From: a virus
Lineage: Duplodnaviria > Caudoviricetes
Virus record (IMG/VR): IMGVR_UViG_3300006879_000022
Coordinates: 1-24,157 of that record
Direction: 5' to 3' (one strand)
Length of the DNA stretch: 24,157 bases
The translations under genes were made by a program, and so were the position numbers. The notes below the pieces were generated by a model. The model was not told where the DNA came from. It made no database searches and worked only from the letters and a program-made list of their open reading frames with translations. Positions 16,559 to 24,157 of the stretch are shown here, piece by piece (position 1 is the first letter of the stretch; every line of letters begins with the position of its first letter).

Positions 16559-16614
16559 CATTGTAAGGCAACCTAAGCAAGCAACTATTTAAAGCAATCA
16601 TTAGAGAGGATAAT

Positions 16615-16881
16615 ATGCGGAAAACAGAGATTTATCAACTTTTAAGGGCAAAAAAAATCACTACACCTATGATTGGAGCTTCCTTGGAAGTATCTCCACA
16701 GTCCATTAGGTCAGTGATTGCAAATGGAAAAGGCAGTAGAAGAATAGCTCAAGCGATCGCCGATATTTGCGACAAAGATTTATACGAGATATTTCCTTAT
16801 TACCAATTATTGGATGCGGAAAAGTTCCAACAAGAAGAAAAACAGGCGGAATTAGATCGGAAATTAGCGAAATTCGCTTAG
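16615..16881 (+). CDS. Ner/Cro-like DNA-binding protein
   Basis: First early gene, divergent from the repressor; HTH followed by 'SRRIAQAIA...EIFP.Y'; AGAGGA RBS. Confidence 0.8.
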   Translation: MRKTEIYQLLRAKKITTPMIGASLEVSPQSIRSVIANGKGSRRIAQAIADICDKDLYEIFPYYQLLDAEKFQQEEKQAELDRKLAKFA

Positions 16882-16889
16882 GAGGCGTA

Positions 16890-17165
16890 ATGAATATCTC
16901 AAAATCCCAATTACGGCCTCTATTAATCATCGAGGCACTGAAGGGGAGAAGCTTCACGGGTATGAGTAACTCAGAGATAGCATCCAAAATTGGAGAAGAT
17001 CGTAGCCAAGTCGCTAGAAGTTTACATGTACTCATTCACGCAGGCTTTGTTGAGCAGCTCCCGAATGAGCTCTATGCACTAAGCACCAAAGTTCTCAACA
17101 TTGCAGCAAGCCACGCCAGAGAAGTTCAGGCGATCAACCAAAAATTAGCAGAAATAAATAGTTAG
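16890..17165 (+). CDS. IclR-type winged-HTH protein
   Basis: Start reassigned to ATG 16890 (AGGAGG RBS); 'LKGRSFTGMSNSEIA...VARSLHVLIHAGFVEQL'. Confidence 0.8.
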   Translation: MNISKSQLRPLLIIEALKGRSFTGMSNSEIASKIGEDRSQVARSLHVLIHAGFVEQLPNELYALSTKVLNIAASHAREVQAINQKLAEINS

Positions 17166-17175
17166 GAGAAAGAAA

Positions 17176-17577
17176 ATGACGACAAGAACACTTATGCAAG
17201 AACAAGAAAAACTAGCTCAGTACTTCCACCAAGCTAGTAAGCGCAGAAATGGGAAGTTTATTTTGAGTCTTGATCAAGCGAGGGAGTTAGCGTCCCATAA
17301 CTCTCTAGGTTTTCCTCATAACGCTCTAGTTTTTGGAGGGCGTCAGAATACTCTCGACGATCACGCGCACCCCGAAGTTGTTGCACCAACTGTTGGCACA
17401 TCAACTTCGCATAAGGCTCAATTGGATGTTCCGTCCATCTTTTCTTCAACAAATCATTCTCCAAGCCACTCGGGTCAAAATTCAAGTGTATCTCCAAATA
17501 AGCAGTTAGATGAAGCCAAGCCTGAGATAAAGCATTTATTTGACCACGAAGTTCCAACATCTCGTCATTCTTCATAG
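17176..17577 (+). CDS. hypothetical protein (fully overlaps an antisense ORF)
   Basis: AGGAGA RBS and operon position, but the C-terminal part is Ser/Pro/His-rich like a shadow frame. Confidence 0.4.
   Translation: MTTRTLMQEQEKLAQYFHQASKRRNGKFILSLDQARELASHNSLGFPHNALVFGGRQNTLDDHAHPEVVAPTVGTSTSHKAQLDVPSIFSSTNHSPSHSGQNSSVSPNKQLDEAKPEIKHLFDHEVPTSRHSS
17258..17575 (-). CDS. hypothetical helical protein, antisense within the early operon
   Basis: AAAGGA RBS 6 nt before ATG; 105 aa with amphipathic-helix composition. Confidence 0.6.
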   Translation of the reverse strand: MKNDEMLELRGQINALSQAWLHLTAYLEIHLNFDPSGLENDLLKKRWTEHPIEPYAKLMCQQLVQQLRGARDRREYSDALQKLERYEENLESYGTLTPSLDQDSK

Positions 17578-17632
17578 TTAATCCTTTTAAACAAATTAAT
17601 CGAAATTCAATTATTACAAATGGAGAAAGAAA

Positions 17633-18517
17633 ATGTCAGATATCAGAACAGATCAGATAGATCTTATCTCAGGCAAGACTCAAGCAGAGATGCGCGAAGA
17701 GCGTATACATCAACTGACTGAAATACAGAAAGTATATGGGGATAATCTGCCCTATGATCGCGACCGTATTGTTAACGAAGTAAAGTTCATTATGAGCCAA
17801 ACTGCTGAAGGAATGCTTCAAATGGGAAGAAGGCTAATTATCCTAAAAGAAAGAGAATCTCATGGTGATTTTATCAAGATACTTGAGAATGACTTAAGTA
17901 TCCCCCCCAGATCAGCCCAAAGAATGATGCAGGCTTCTATTAAATTCTTAAGCTTAAAAAGTTCAAATGCGTCAGCGCTGGCGCATTTGGGAAAAGCTAA
18001 ACTTTTTGATCTTATGAGTCAAGATGATGAAGAGCTAGAAGCCTTGGCAGAAGGCGGAACGGTGGCCGGCTTAACGCTTGATGAGATGGATAAAATGACA
18101 ACTCGCGAGCTTAAAAAAGCCCTTAAAGAAGCCAAAGAAGATCAGGATGCGGTACGGAAGATCTCTTCAGATAAAGACAAGAAGATTAATGAGCTTGCTG
18201 AAAAGCTCGAAAAAGCTGAAGCAAAAAAGAAAAAAGAAGTAGAGAAAATCAAGCTTGAAGAGAGTGAGACTGACCGCCTTATAAAGTCTTACAAAATCAC
18301 ATTGGCGGATATTACTGCCGAGATATTGGCGAACAGCACTCGGCTTCAACAACTCTATACAAAAGCAGTCGATGAGGCGATGCCTGAGGGGTTTTTCCTT
18401 GAGATGGCGCACCAACTTCTCAATGTTAGAGAGGGGCTCGATATGATCGCAGAACAATTGCCAAGTGATGTGGGTGTGATTGATACGGGGTGGTTAGATG
18501 AAGACATTAACGCCTAA
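17633..18517 (+). CDS. DUF3102-like early phage protein
   Basis: 'MGRRLIILKERESHGDF', 'RSAQRMM', 'LAEGGTVAGLTLDEMDKMTTREL', then coiled coil. Confidence 0.8.
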   Translation: MSDIRTDQIDLISGKTQAEMREERIHQLTEIQKVYGDNLPYDRDRIVNEVKFIMSQTAEGMLQMGRRLIILKERESHGDFIKILENDLSIPPRSAQRMMQASIKFLSLKSSNASALAHLGKAKLFDLMSQDDEELEALAEGGTVAGLTLDEMDKMTTRELKKALKEAKEDQDAVRKISSDKDKKINELAEKLEKAEAKKKKEVEKIKLEESETDRLIKSYKITLADITAEILANSTRLQQLYTKAVDEAMPEGFFLEMAHQLLNVREGLDMIAEQLPSDVGVIDTGWLDEDINA

Positions 18518-18719
18518 AGATCCAGCGTTCACCAAAACGCTTGGGCAGATATGCGAGATCATGCCACAAATGCGTTTTATCGCTAAAGAGATCTATATGA
18601 TTCAGCAGTTTCCACAGGGAATTCGATTTTTAAACACCAAAGGCGAACAAGTTGCCGCATTGAGCGCAACAACGTTAGAGCAAAAAAAGGAGGCGTATGA
18701 TGCAACCTTCAGAGATTGA
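18498..18719 (+). CDS. hypothetical protein
   Basis: 73 aa overlapping both neighbours, tiles the early operon. Confidence 0.65.
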   Translation: MKTLTPKDPAFTKTLGQICEIMPQMRFIAKEIYMIQQFPQGIRFLNTKGEQVAALSATTLEQKKEAYDATFRD

Positions 18720-20448
18720 GTATTTTCAAGATGTCGCACGCAGACTAAGCGAGGCAAAGTTCGGCGAAAAGACCCAGCTTGTTCAAGATGTAGCGAACAC
18801 ACTGGGGATCTCAACCACGCTTGTATATGAGAAGCTGGAGATGGTGGGTTATAAAACTAATCGTAAAACTAGATCTGACCGTGGTAATACTCATGTTGAT
18901 CTCAGAGATGCACGGCTTATCTGCAATATGATGCATTCAAGTCGACGAAAAAATGAGAAGCGCCTTATGAGCTGTGAGCTGGCTATTGAGATCGCCTATA
19001 GCAATGGTCAGATTAAGCAAGCATATAACTCAACAACTGTTTTACGTGTCGCTAGAGAGCATGGCTTCCATCCCGATCAGTTAGCCGCACCTACGCCACA
19101 CATTACCATGAGATCACTGCATCCAAACCATGTTTGGCAGGTAGATGCTTCGATTGGCGTTCTCTTTTATCTGCCGGAAGGTGGTGTTGAATTCTTCGAT
19201 GAAACAAAGCATTACAAAAACAAGCCTGAAAATATGGATAAGGTGCGCAATCACTTATGTATTCGTTATGCGGTAGTTGATCATTATTCTGGTGCGTTTT
19301 ATCACAAATATTATGCGGCATCTGGAGAGAACCAGGAGATCTTCTTTGATGTATTGGTGAATGCGTTTACCCAAAGAGAACGTGAAGATTTTTACGGTAT
19401 TCCACAAATGCTTGTCATGAATAAAGGTGCGGCGAATACATCGCATCTTGTCACTAGCTTTTTAGATCGTATGCAAATACAGCATTATGCGCATAAAGCT
19501 GGCAATCCTAGAGCCAAAGGTGCGGGTGAGAAGATTCAAGATATTATCGAGCGCCAATTTGAAGGTGGCTTACGTTATCTCAAGAAACCCATTGCGGATG
19601 TTAATGAGCTTAATAAGTTAGCTATCGATTGGCGTATCTACTTCAACGATACAGCAATTCACACGCGTACAAAGAAAAGTCGTTACGAGGTATGGAGAAC
19701 GATCGCTGAAGATCAACTGATCTTTGCACCACCTATGGAAACTATGCAAGCCATCCTTACCAGTAAACCTGTTCAACGTAAGGTAAATGGCGATCTGACG
19801 ATCACCTATAAAGGGCGTGGATTTGCAGAGGCTAGAACGTACTCTGTTGAACACATCCCAAGCGTGAAGGTCAATGACAGCGTCACGGTATTACTCAACC
19901 CATATCGCGCTCCCAATATCGATATTGAGGTAACAGATTACAAAGGGGATGTCACTTACTACGAATGCATTCCATTAGAGAAGGATGATGCAGGCTTTTA
20001 TGCGGGCGCACCTGTGTTTGGCGAAGAAATGGCAAGCACGAGAGACACCGTTACCGATATCGTCCGTAAGGAGATGCTCATGGATGCGCATGATGTGAAA
20101 ACACTGAAAGAAGCGGAAGCGCTAGAGAAGAAAAACACTCAACTATTTGCCGGAAAGTTAGATCCAATGAAGCATGTAAACGATCACTTAGAAGCGAGCA
20201 AAAATATTGTATCTATGCCTAAGCGAGGTCAAGCACATGAGCTTGAAGCGCCTCGACAAGTATTGGAGCTCATCTCAGTGGCAGAAGCCTGTAAACGTTT
20301 AATAGCCGAAATGGGAGGTCAATACCCCAAAGATGCTTATCAATATCTCAGCAAGCTCTATCCAGAGGGGATTGATCCAATGCAGTTAGATTCGATCAAG
20401 CACCAGTTAATAACACGATCAACATTGAAAGTTGTAGTAGGAGGGTAA
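18697..20448 (+). CDS. DDE transposase A (rve/RNase H fold), catalytic triad apparently D-N-E
   Basis: 'RKTRSDRG', 'HPNHVWQVD150', 'VVDHYSG', 'LVMN242KGAAN', 'NPRAKGAGE278'; AGGAGG RBS. Confidence 0.92.
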   Translation: MMQPSEIEYFQDVARRLSEAKFGEKTQLVQDVANTLGISTTLVYEKLEMVGYKTNRKTRSDRGNTHVDLRDARLICNMMHSSRRKNEKRLMSCELAIEIAYSNGQIKQAYNSTTVLRVAREHGFHPDQLAAPTPHITMRSLHPNHVWQVDASIGVLFYLPEGGVEFFDETKHYKNKPENMDKVRNHLCIRYAVVDHYSGAFYHKYYAASGENQEIFFDVLVNAFTQREREDFYGIPQMLVMNKGAANTSHLVTSFLDRMQIQHYAHKAGNPRAKGAGEKIQDIIERQFEGGLRYLKKPIADVNELNKLAIDWRIYFNDTAIHTRTKKSRYEVWRTIAEDQLIFAPPMETMQAILTSKPVQRKVNGDLTITYKGRGFAEARTYSVEHIPSVKVNDSVTVLLNPYRAPNIDIEVTDYKGDVTYYECIPLEKDDAGFYAGAPVFGEEMASTRDTVTDIVRKEMLMDAHDVKTLKEAEALEKKNTQLFAGKLDPMKHVNDHLEASKNIVSMPKRGQAHELEAPRQVLELISVAEACKRLIAEMGGQYPKDAYQYLSKLYPEGIDPMQLDSIKHQLITRSTLKVVVGG

Positions 20449-20451
20449 GCC

Positions 20452-21564
20452 ATGAGCATGCACAAATTAGAAGGGGTTTTAAAACAATATGCCATCACAC
20501 AATCGTCGCTTGCAAAGCATGCTGGCGTTAGCCCGACAGTCATTAATTTACTCATTCGCCAAGGTCAATGGCCCAAAAAAAACCCTCACACTCTCAAAGA
20601 GAGTATTGAGGGCTATCTATCCAAGCTAGGTATCGTTTTGACCGACGATATATTCACATTCACTAACTCAGAAGATTCTGAACACTACGAGGAAATCGAA
20701 ATGCACAAAGAAATGATAACACAAGAAGCACGAGAACTTTACAGTATCTACAAAGATCCATTCACTGATGATATTAGAAGTCATGATGATCTATTCCTAA
20801 CGCCTGATGCTCGTTATATCAGAGAAACGCTCTATAACGCTGCTAAAAACGGAGGATTTGTGGCGGTGATTGGCGAGTCTGGAGCGGGTAAATCGGTTCT
20901 TCGTCGTGATCTTATCGATCGTATTATCCGAGAAGATGCTGCCGTTAAACTGATCTCTCCAAGCTTCCCGGACAAAGAACGTCTTACCGTTACCTCAATT
21001 ATTGAGGCCATTATTGATGAGATCAATCCGAATCTCCCGGGCAAGCGTTCAATCGAAGCGAAGTCACGCCAGATGGAGAAGCTCTTAAGAGATTCATCGA
21101 GAGCGGGAATGACCCATTGCTTAGTGATTGAAGAAGCCCACGATTTAACGCTGCCGATGCTTAAAAACCTCAAACGCTTCTGGGAGCTTGAAGACGGTTT
21201 TAAACGCTTATTAAGCATCGTGTTGATCGGTCAACCAGAACTCAAAAACAAGCTCAATGAGCGGATGAATTGGGAAGCTCGTGAAGTGATCAGACGCTGT
21301 GAGATCGCCGAGCTTAAGCCCCTTAATAACAAGCTAAAAGATTACTTAGTCCATAAGTTTAATCGCATCAATGTCGATATCACCAAAGTAATGACTGATG
21401 AGGCATTTGAAGCACTTCAAGCCAAACTCACGATGACTAGCCGAACGGGGCTTATCAGCAATACCTATCCGCTGGTCGTCAATAATCTTACCGTCAAAGT
21501 ATTAAATAGCGCTGCTGAAATTGGAGCATTCCCAATCGATGCAGATGTCATTAACAGACTTTAG
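20452..21564 (+). CDS. transposition ATPase B (HTH plus ExeA-type AAA domain)
   Basis: N-terminal XRE-like HTH, Walker A GESGAGKS, Walker B 'LVIEEAH', 'LIGQPEL', 'REVIRRCE'. Confidence 0.92.
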   Translation: MSMHKLEGVLKQYAITQSSLAKHAGVSPTVINLLIRQGQWPKKNPHTLKESIEGYLSKLGIVLTDDIFTFTNSEDSEHYEEIEMHKEMITQEARELYSIYKDPFTDDIRSHDDLFLTPDARYIRETLYNAAKNGGFVAVIGESGAGKSVLRRDLIDRIIREDAAVKLISPSFPDKERLTVTSIIEAIIDEINPNLPGKRSIEAKSRQMEKLLRDSSRAGMTHCLVIEEAHDLTLPMLKNLKRFWELEDGFKRLLSIVLIGQPELKNKLNERMNWEAREVIRRCEIAELKPLNNKLKDYLVHKFNRINVDITKVMTDEAFEALQAKLTMTSRTGLISNTYPLVVNNLTVKVLNSAAEIGAFPIDADVINRL

Positions 21565-21573
21565 GAGAACGCT

Positions 21574-21861
21574 ATGTCTAGAAACTTAATTACAGATCAT
21601 TATTATCGAAAATCAAGCAATCTTTTCCGCGCCGTCACCAAGCTTAAAAATGCTGGAATTGCAATTCATACAATTGATTTTGACACGAAGCGGATTAACG
21701 TTGAAAGACCAACACCTGAACAAGTTTTTAAACTGGGCGTTACCGCTATTCTTGCCGTGACATCGGGAAGATCCGAAACGACGCTCAATGGATTTGTAAT
21801 CAATTGGGAAGCGACAAAACAGGTCATTGAAATCAAGATTACAAAAGGAGTGGTGGCATGA
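21574..21861 (+). CDS. hypothetical protein
   Basis: AGGAG RBS, coupled to the next gene by ATGA. Confidence 0.75.
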   Translation: MSRNLITDHYYRKSSNLFRAVTKLKNAGIAIHTIDFDTKRINVERPTPEQVFKLGVTAILAVTSGRSETTLNGFVINWEATKQVIEIKITKGVVA

Positions 21862-22052
21862 TTAAAATTTATACAAAAGAAGATGGCGCAATATTCACCC
21901 AGCTGCTATGGGAAGTGGCTAACCAGGCCTCACCGGAGTTCGTTTTTGCACTCTTAACCCAAATCACTGATCACATTGAGGTTAATGATAAGGGAGCAAT
22001 TCTACACTTTACTCAAGAATTTCAAAACATAGAAGGACCACAAAATGATTGA
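21858..22052 (+). CDS. hypothetical protein
   Basis: AAGGAG RBS, ATGA overlap with the upstream gene. Confidence 0.7.
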   Translation: MIKIYTKEDGAIFTQLLWEVANQASPEFVFALLTQITDHIEVNDKGAILHFTQEFQNIEGPQND

Positions 22053-22650
22053 CACAAGCCAATATAAACAAGACGCACATGGTAATCTCGTGCCTATTGC
22101 GAATATTAAGGAAGCAGATTTACTTCGAGATGAAGTGGTTATTGAGATCGTTAAAAAAGCGATCCATTTAAGAGAGACCCTCCAAAACGCCAAAGAGGAT
22201 TTTTTTAGTAGCTTTCATGCATTCGTTGAATTGAGTGCTGAAAAATACGATGTAAAGCTCGGTGGTCGTAAAGGTAACACTACTCTTTATAGCTTTGATG
22301 GTAAATATCGTATCGACTTCGCAATCAACGAAAGAATCGAATTGGACGAAAAGGTTAATGCTGCTAAAGCCTTAATTGATGAATGCATCAAGGACTGGGC
22401 AGCAACAAGTAATAGCAACATCATTACCTTGATTAATCAGGCGTTCAAAGTCGATAAGTGGGGAAATCTCAACACTCGTCGAATCTTAGAGTTGCGTAAT
22501 GTTGAGATTGATGATGATCGTTGGATTCGAGCGATGGAAGCAATCAGCGATTCTCTTAAAGTCATCGATTCTAAACAATACATGCGCTTTTACGAAAGAT
22601 TGGAGAATGGCGAATATCGACACATCAGTTTAGATTTTGCAGCGATTTAG
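22045..22650 (+). CDS. DUF3164-like Mu-like phage early protein
   Basis: 'DAHGNLVP...IK..DLLRD', 'GGRKGNTTLYSFDG', 'AAKALIDEC', 'W.RAMEAISDS', 'ISLDFAAI'. Confidence 0.88.
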   Translation: MIDTSQYKQDAHGNLVPIANIKEADLLRDEVVIEIVKKAIHLRETLQNAKEDFFSSFHAFVELSAEKYDVKLGGRKGNTTLYSFDGKYRIDFAINERIELDEKVNAAKALIDECIKDWAATSNSNIITLINQAFKVDKWGNLNTRRILELRNVEIDDDRWIRAMEAISDSLKVIDSKQYMRFYERLENGEYRHISLDFAAI

Positions 22651-22676
22651 TAGTGCCAATCTATTTCCAATAACAA

Positions 22677-22699
22677 CAGGCCCCGTGAAGGGGCTTTTT
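22677..22699 (+). terminator. intrinsic terminator-like hairpin inside the early operon
   Basis: GGCCCC-GTGAA-GGGGCT followed by TTTT. Confidence 0.65.
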
Positions 22700-22713
22700 A
22701 ATAGGAGTTAATC

Positions 22714-22998
22714 ATGAAATATTCAGAATATAAACATGAGGGTATATTCGACATCAAAAGAGTTGAGTCCAAATACCATGCTTTACTAGGAGGTCACTTA
22801 GTTATTGTCCAATCTACTGGATCTAATATGGTGAGCGCTGCTATTTACACAGATCCGGAGACTGTCTGGGGGCGAGGTAAACAGTGGAATCAAATACATT
22901 CATTGAAAAAAGAGGATCTTCTTGATTTAAAGGAATGCATAGATAAGGCACTAACTAGTTTTGAAAGCTTAAATAACGAGGAGTCTAATCATGTTTAA
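22714..22998 (+). CDS. hypothetical protein
   Basis: AGGAG RBS, 94 aa, overlaps the start of the GemA-like gene. Confidence 0.75.
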   Translation: MKYSEYKHEGIFDIKRVESKYHALLGGHLVIVQSTGSNMVSAAIYTDPETVWGRGKQWNQIHSLKKEDLLDLKECIDKALTSFESLNNEESNHV

Positions 22999-23614
22999 GA
23001 AGTATCAACTAATCAATATTGCACGAACTCAACTAGGCATGGATGATGATAGCTATCGGGCAATGGTTATCCGCATCAATGGTGGTAAAGGAACCAGCCT
23101 AAAGGCCTGCAATATGGCAGAGCTTAATCTAATCCTGAAAGAGCTTAAAGAGAAAGGTTTTAAAATCAAACCTAACAATAAAAATGGTTTTAAAAGTCAG
23201 CGTGTAAAACCTGCAAAAACAACTAAAGATGGGCATCCTTTACCAGCTGATATTAGAGATAAAATGCTCTCATTATGGATAGAGATGCACCAGCAAGGCA
23301 TTATAAGAGATGGTAGTGATGCTGGATTGACCGCATATTGTCGTAACAGAAGCGGCAAAGATCACTGGCATTGGATCACCGAATATGAGGCTATCGATAT
23401 GATAGAGGGGCTTAAAACATGGCAATCGAGGGAGTTATTAGGCCGTCTATTGAAGAGACTAAAGATGAAGGGCGTTACAATATCGAAAGCAGAGCTGGAT
23501 GATAAAGCCGAGATTAAACGTGCTAAAACACTATTTAAATATACAGCAACCGAGAACTGGCGTGTGATAGATAAGCTGTGCCACATATACGATGTAGAAA
23601 TCGAAACCCTATAA
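22991..23614 (+). CDS. gemA: GemA/gp16 family regulatory protein (DUF1018-like)
   Basis: 'LINIARTQLGMDDDSYR', 'LKEKGF', 'KMLSLWIEM...G.IRDGS', 'IEGLKTW'. Confidence 0.85.
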   Translation: MFKKYQLINIARTQLGMDDDSYRAMVIRINGGKGTSLKACNMAELNLILKELKEKGFKIKPNNKNGFKSQRVKPAKTTKDGHPLPADIRDKMLSLWIEMHQQGIIRDGSDAGLTAYCRNRSGKDHWHWITEYEAIDMIEGLKTWQSRELLGRLLKRLKMKGVTISKAELDDKAEIKRAKTLFKYTATENWRVIDKLCHIYDVEIETL

Positions 23615-23620
23615 ATAATT

Positions 23621-23645
23621 GAGCCTCCGACTTGGAGGCTTTTTT
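23621..23645 (+). terminator. intrinsic terminator closing the early operon
   Basis: AGCCTCC-GACTT-GGAGGCT followed by TTTTT. Confidence 0.85.
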
Positions 23646-23818
23646 GTGTCCGCAGATTTGTGTAAGATTATCACTAACGATCAGATCAATTTCACTCAGA
23701 TCCTCCCGGCAGAATTATTTCAACACTGTTGCAGAAAGTTTCCCACTTGTTCCCGTGTCGTCCAACCTAATCCCGGCTTATCTTGAATCTCTCCCTGTAC
23801 TTATCCTGTGTCCGATCA
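23645..23818. repeat. prophage end with periodic TCC(C) repeats (putative transposase-binding sites)
   Basis: TCC at 23741, 23751, 23761, 23771 (exact 10-bp spacing), 23792, 23804, 23811; TGTGTCCG at 23645 and 23807; terminal CA at 23817-23818. Confidence 0.7.
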
Positions 23819-24157
23819 GTAACCGCTAAATCCGTCGCGGTTTTAATCGCTTCATCAAGGGTCTCTTTTGAGGAGAGAAATGCGAGCTTTTCTGGCAGTT
23901 CAATGACTGGATCGGTGATCGATTTCCCTTTAATCACGGTGAGTTTAACCGTCACTTTCCCCTCAATCTCAAGCCCTGATACACCAATTTCCCCATCGCC
24001 CATCGCTGCGTGAAGATCGCCCAGCGCAAAGAGAGCGCCTTTTTGGAAAATGGGTAGATAGAGCGCCGCGCCTTCGTTAATCAGCTTCGCACACATGTTG
24101 CCACCAGGCTGAGCGGACCCCCCGCCATTACTTCACCCATCTCTTGGAGCAACTCCA
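23819..24157 (-). pseudogene. host acetamidase/formamidase family gene, truncated by the prophage insertion
   Basis: 'GGNM.AKLI.EG..LYLP....GALFALGDLHAAMGDGEI..SGLEI'. Recognisable sequence ends at 'TDLAVT', after which the frame reads phage end DNA. There is also an upstream in-frame TGA near the window edge. Confidence 0.85.

Larger units (their letters stand above)
1..23818. mobile_element. Mu-like transposable prophage (B3/BcepMu-type inverted organisation, contractile tail); one end at about 23818, the other beyond position 1
   Basis: Syntenic Mu-type morphogenesis genes plus a DDE transposase/AAA ATPase pair, a Mor/C activator and GemA. The host gene is cut at a TG dinucleotide (minus strand) at 23818. 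Confidence 0.95.

Noticed and set aside
18697-21564. DDE transposase plus AAA ATPase as a Tn7/CAST-like or IS21-like element
   Set aside because: No TniQ, Cas genes, CRISPR array or flanking inverted repeats; the pair sits in a normal transposable-phage early operon.
20452-21564. ExeA-like type II secretion ATPase
   Set aside because: Context next to the transposase indicates the MuB-equivalent; no secretion genes are present.
22450-22470. Trp in 'VDKWGNL' of the DUF3164-like protein as a damaging change
   Set aside because: Cannot be judged without an alignment; it may be ordinary variation.
16706-23586. Minus-strand ORFs over the early genes (16706-17035, 18167-18457, 20832-21218, 23362-23586 and others), other than 17258-17575
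   Set aside because: Shadow frames of recognisable plus-strand genes.
23741-23818. Periodic repeats as a CRISPR or mini-array
   Set aside because: Units are 10 bp and degenerate with no spacers; position at the phage end explains them.
23632-24013. ORFs 23632-23829 and 23783-24013 on the plus strand
   Set aside because: They span the terminator, end repeats and the antisense of the host gene, with no RBS.
1-24157. tRNA, rRNA, reverse transcriptase/DGR, invertase or mom-type modification genes
   Set aside because: None recognisable here; tail-fibre, gin and mom regions would lie beyond position 1.

Overview
Almost the whole window (1 to about 23818) is a transposable, Mu-like prophage with a contractile tail, probably in a Gram-negative host given its two-component spanins. 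It has the inverted B3/BcepMu-type layout. On the minus strand, from the middle towards position 1, are an XRE/S24 repressor, a Mor/C-type activator, the lysis cassette, terminases, portal, head genes and tail genes up to a truncated tape-measure gene. On the plus strand an early operon (Ner-like, IclR-type HTH, DUF3102-like, DDE transposase, AAA ATPase, DUF3164-like, GemA-like) runs towards the phage end. The end at about 23818 (TG...CA terminus, 10-bp periodic TCC repeats) interrupts a host acetamidase/formamidase gene. Most notable observations: the transposase has Asn at the second Asp of its DD(35)E triad; a 62-aa Acb2/Tad1-like candidate sits behind the capsid gene; an antisense moron occupies the gpG-gpI locus; a hidden antisense gene lies inside the early operon; the tail chaperone has a lambda-type -1 frameshift site; and two late promoters share the same architecture. 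All family assignments come from motif recall and synteny, not database searches.
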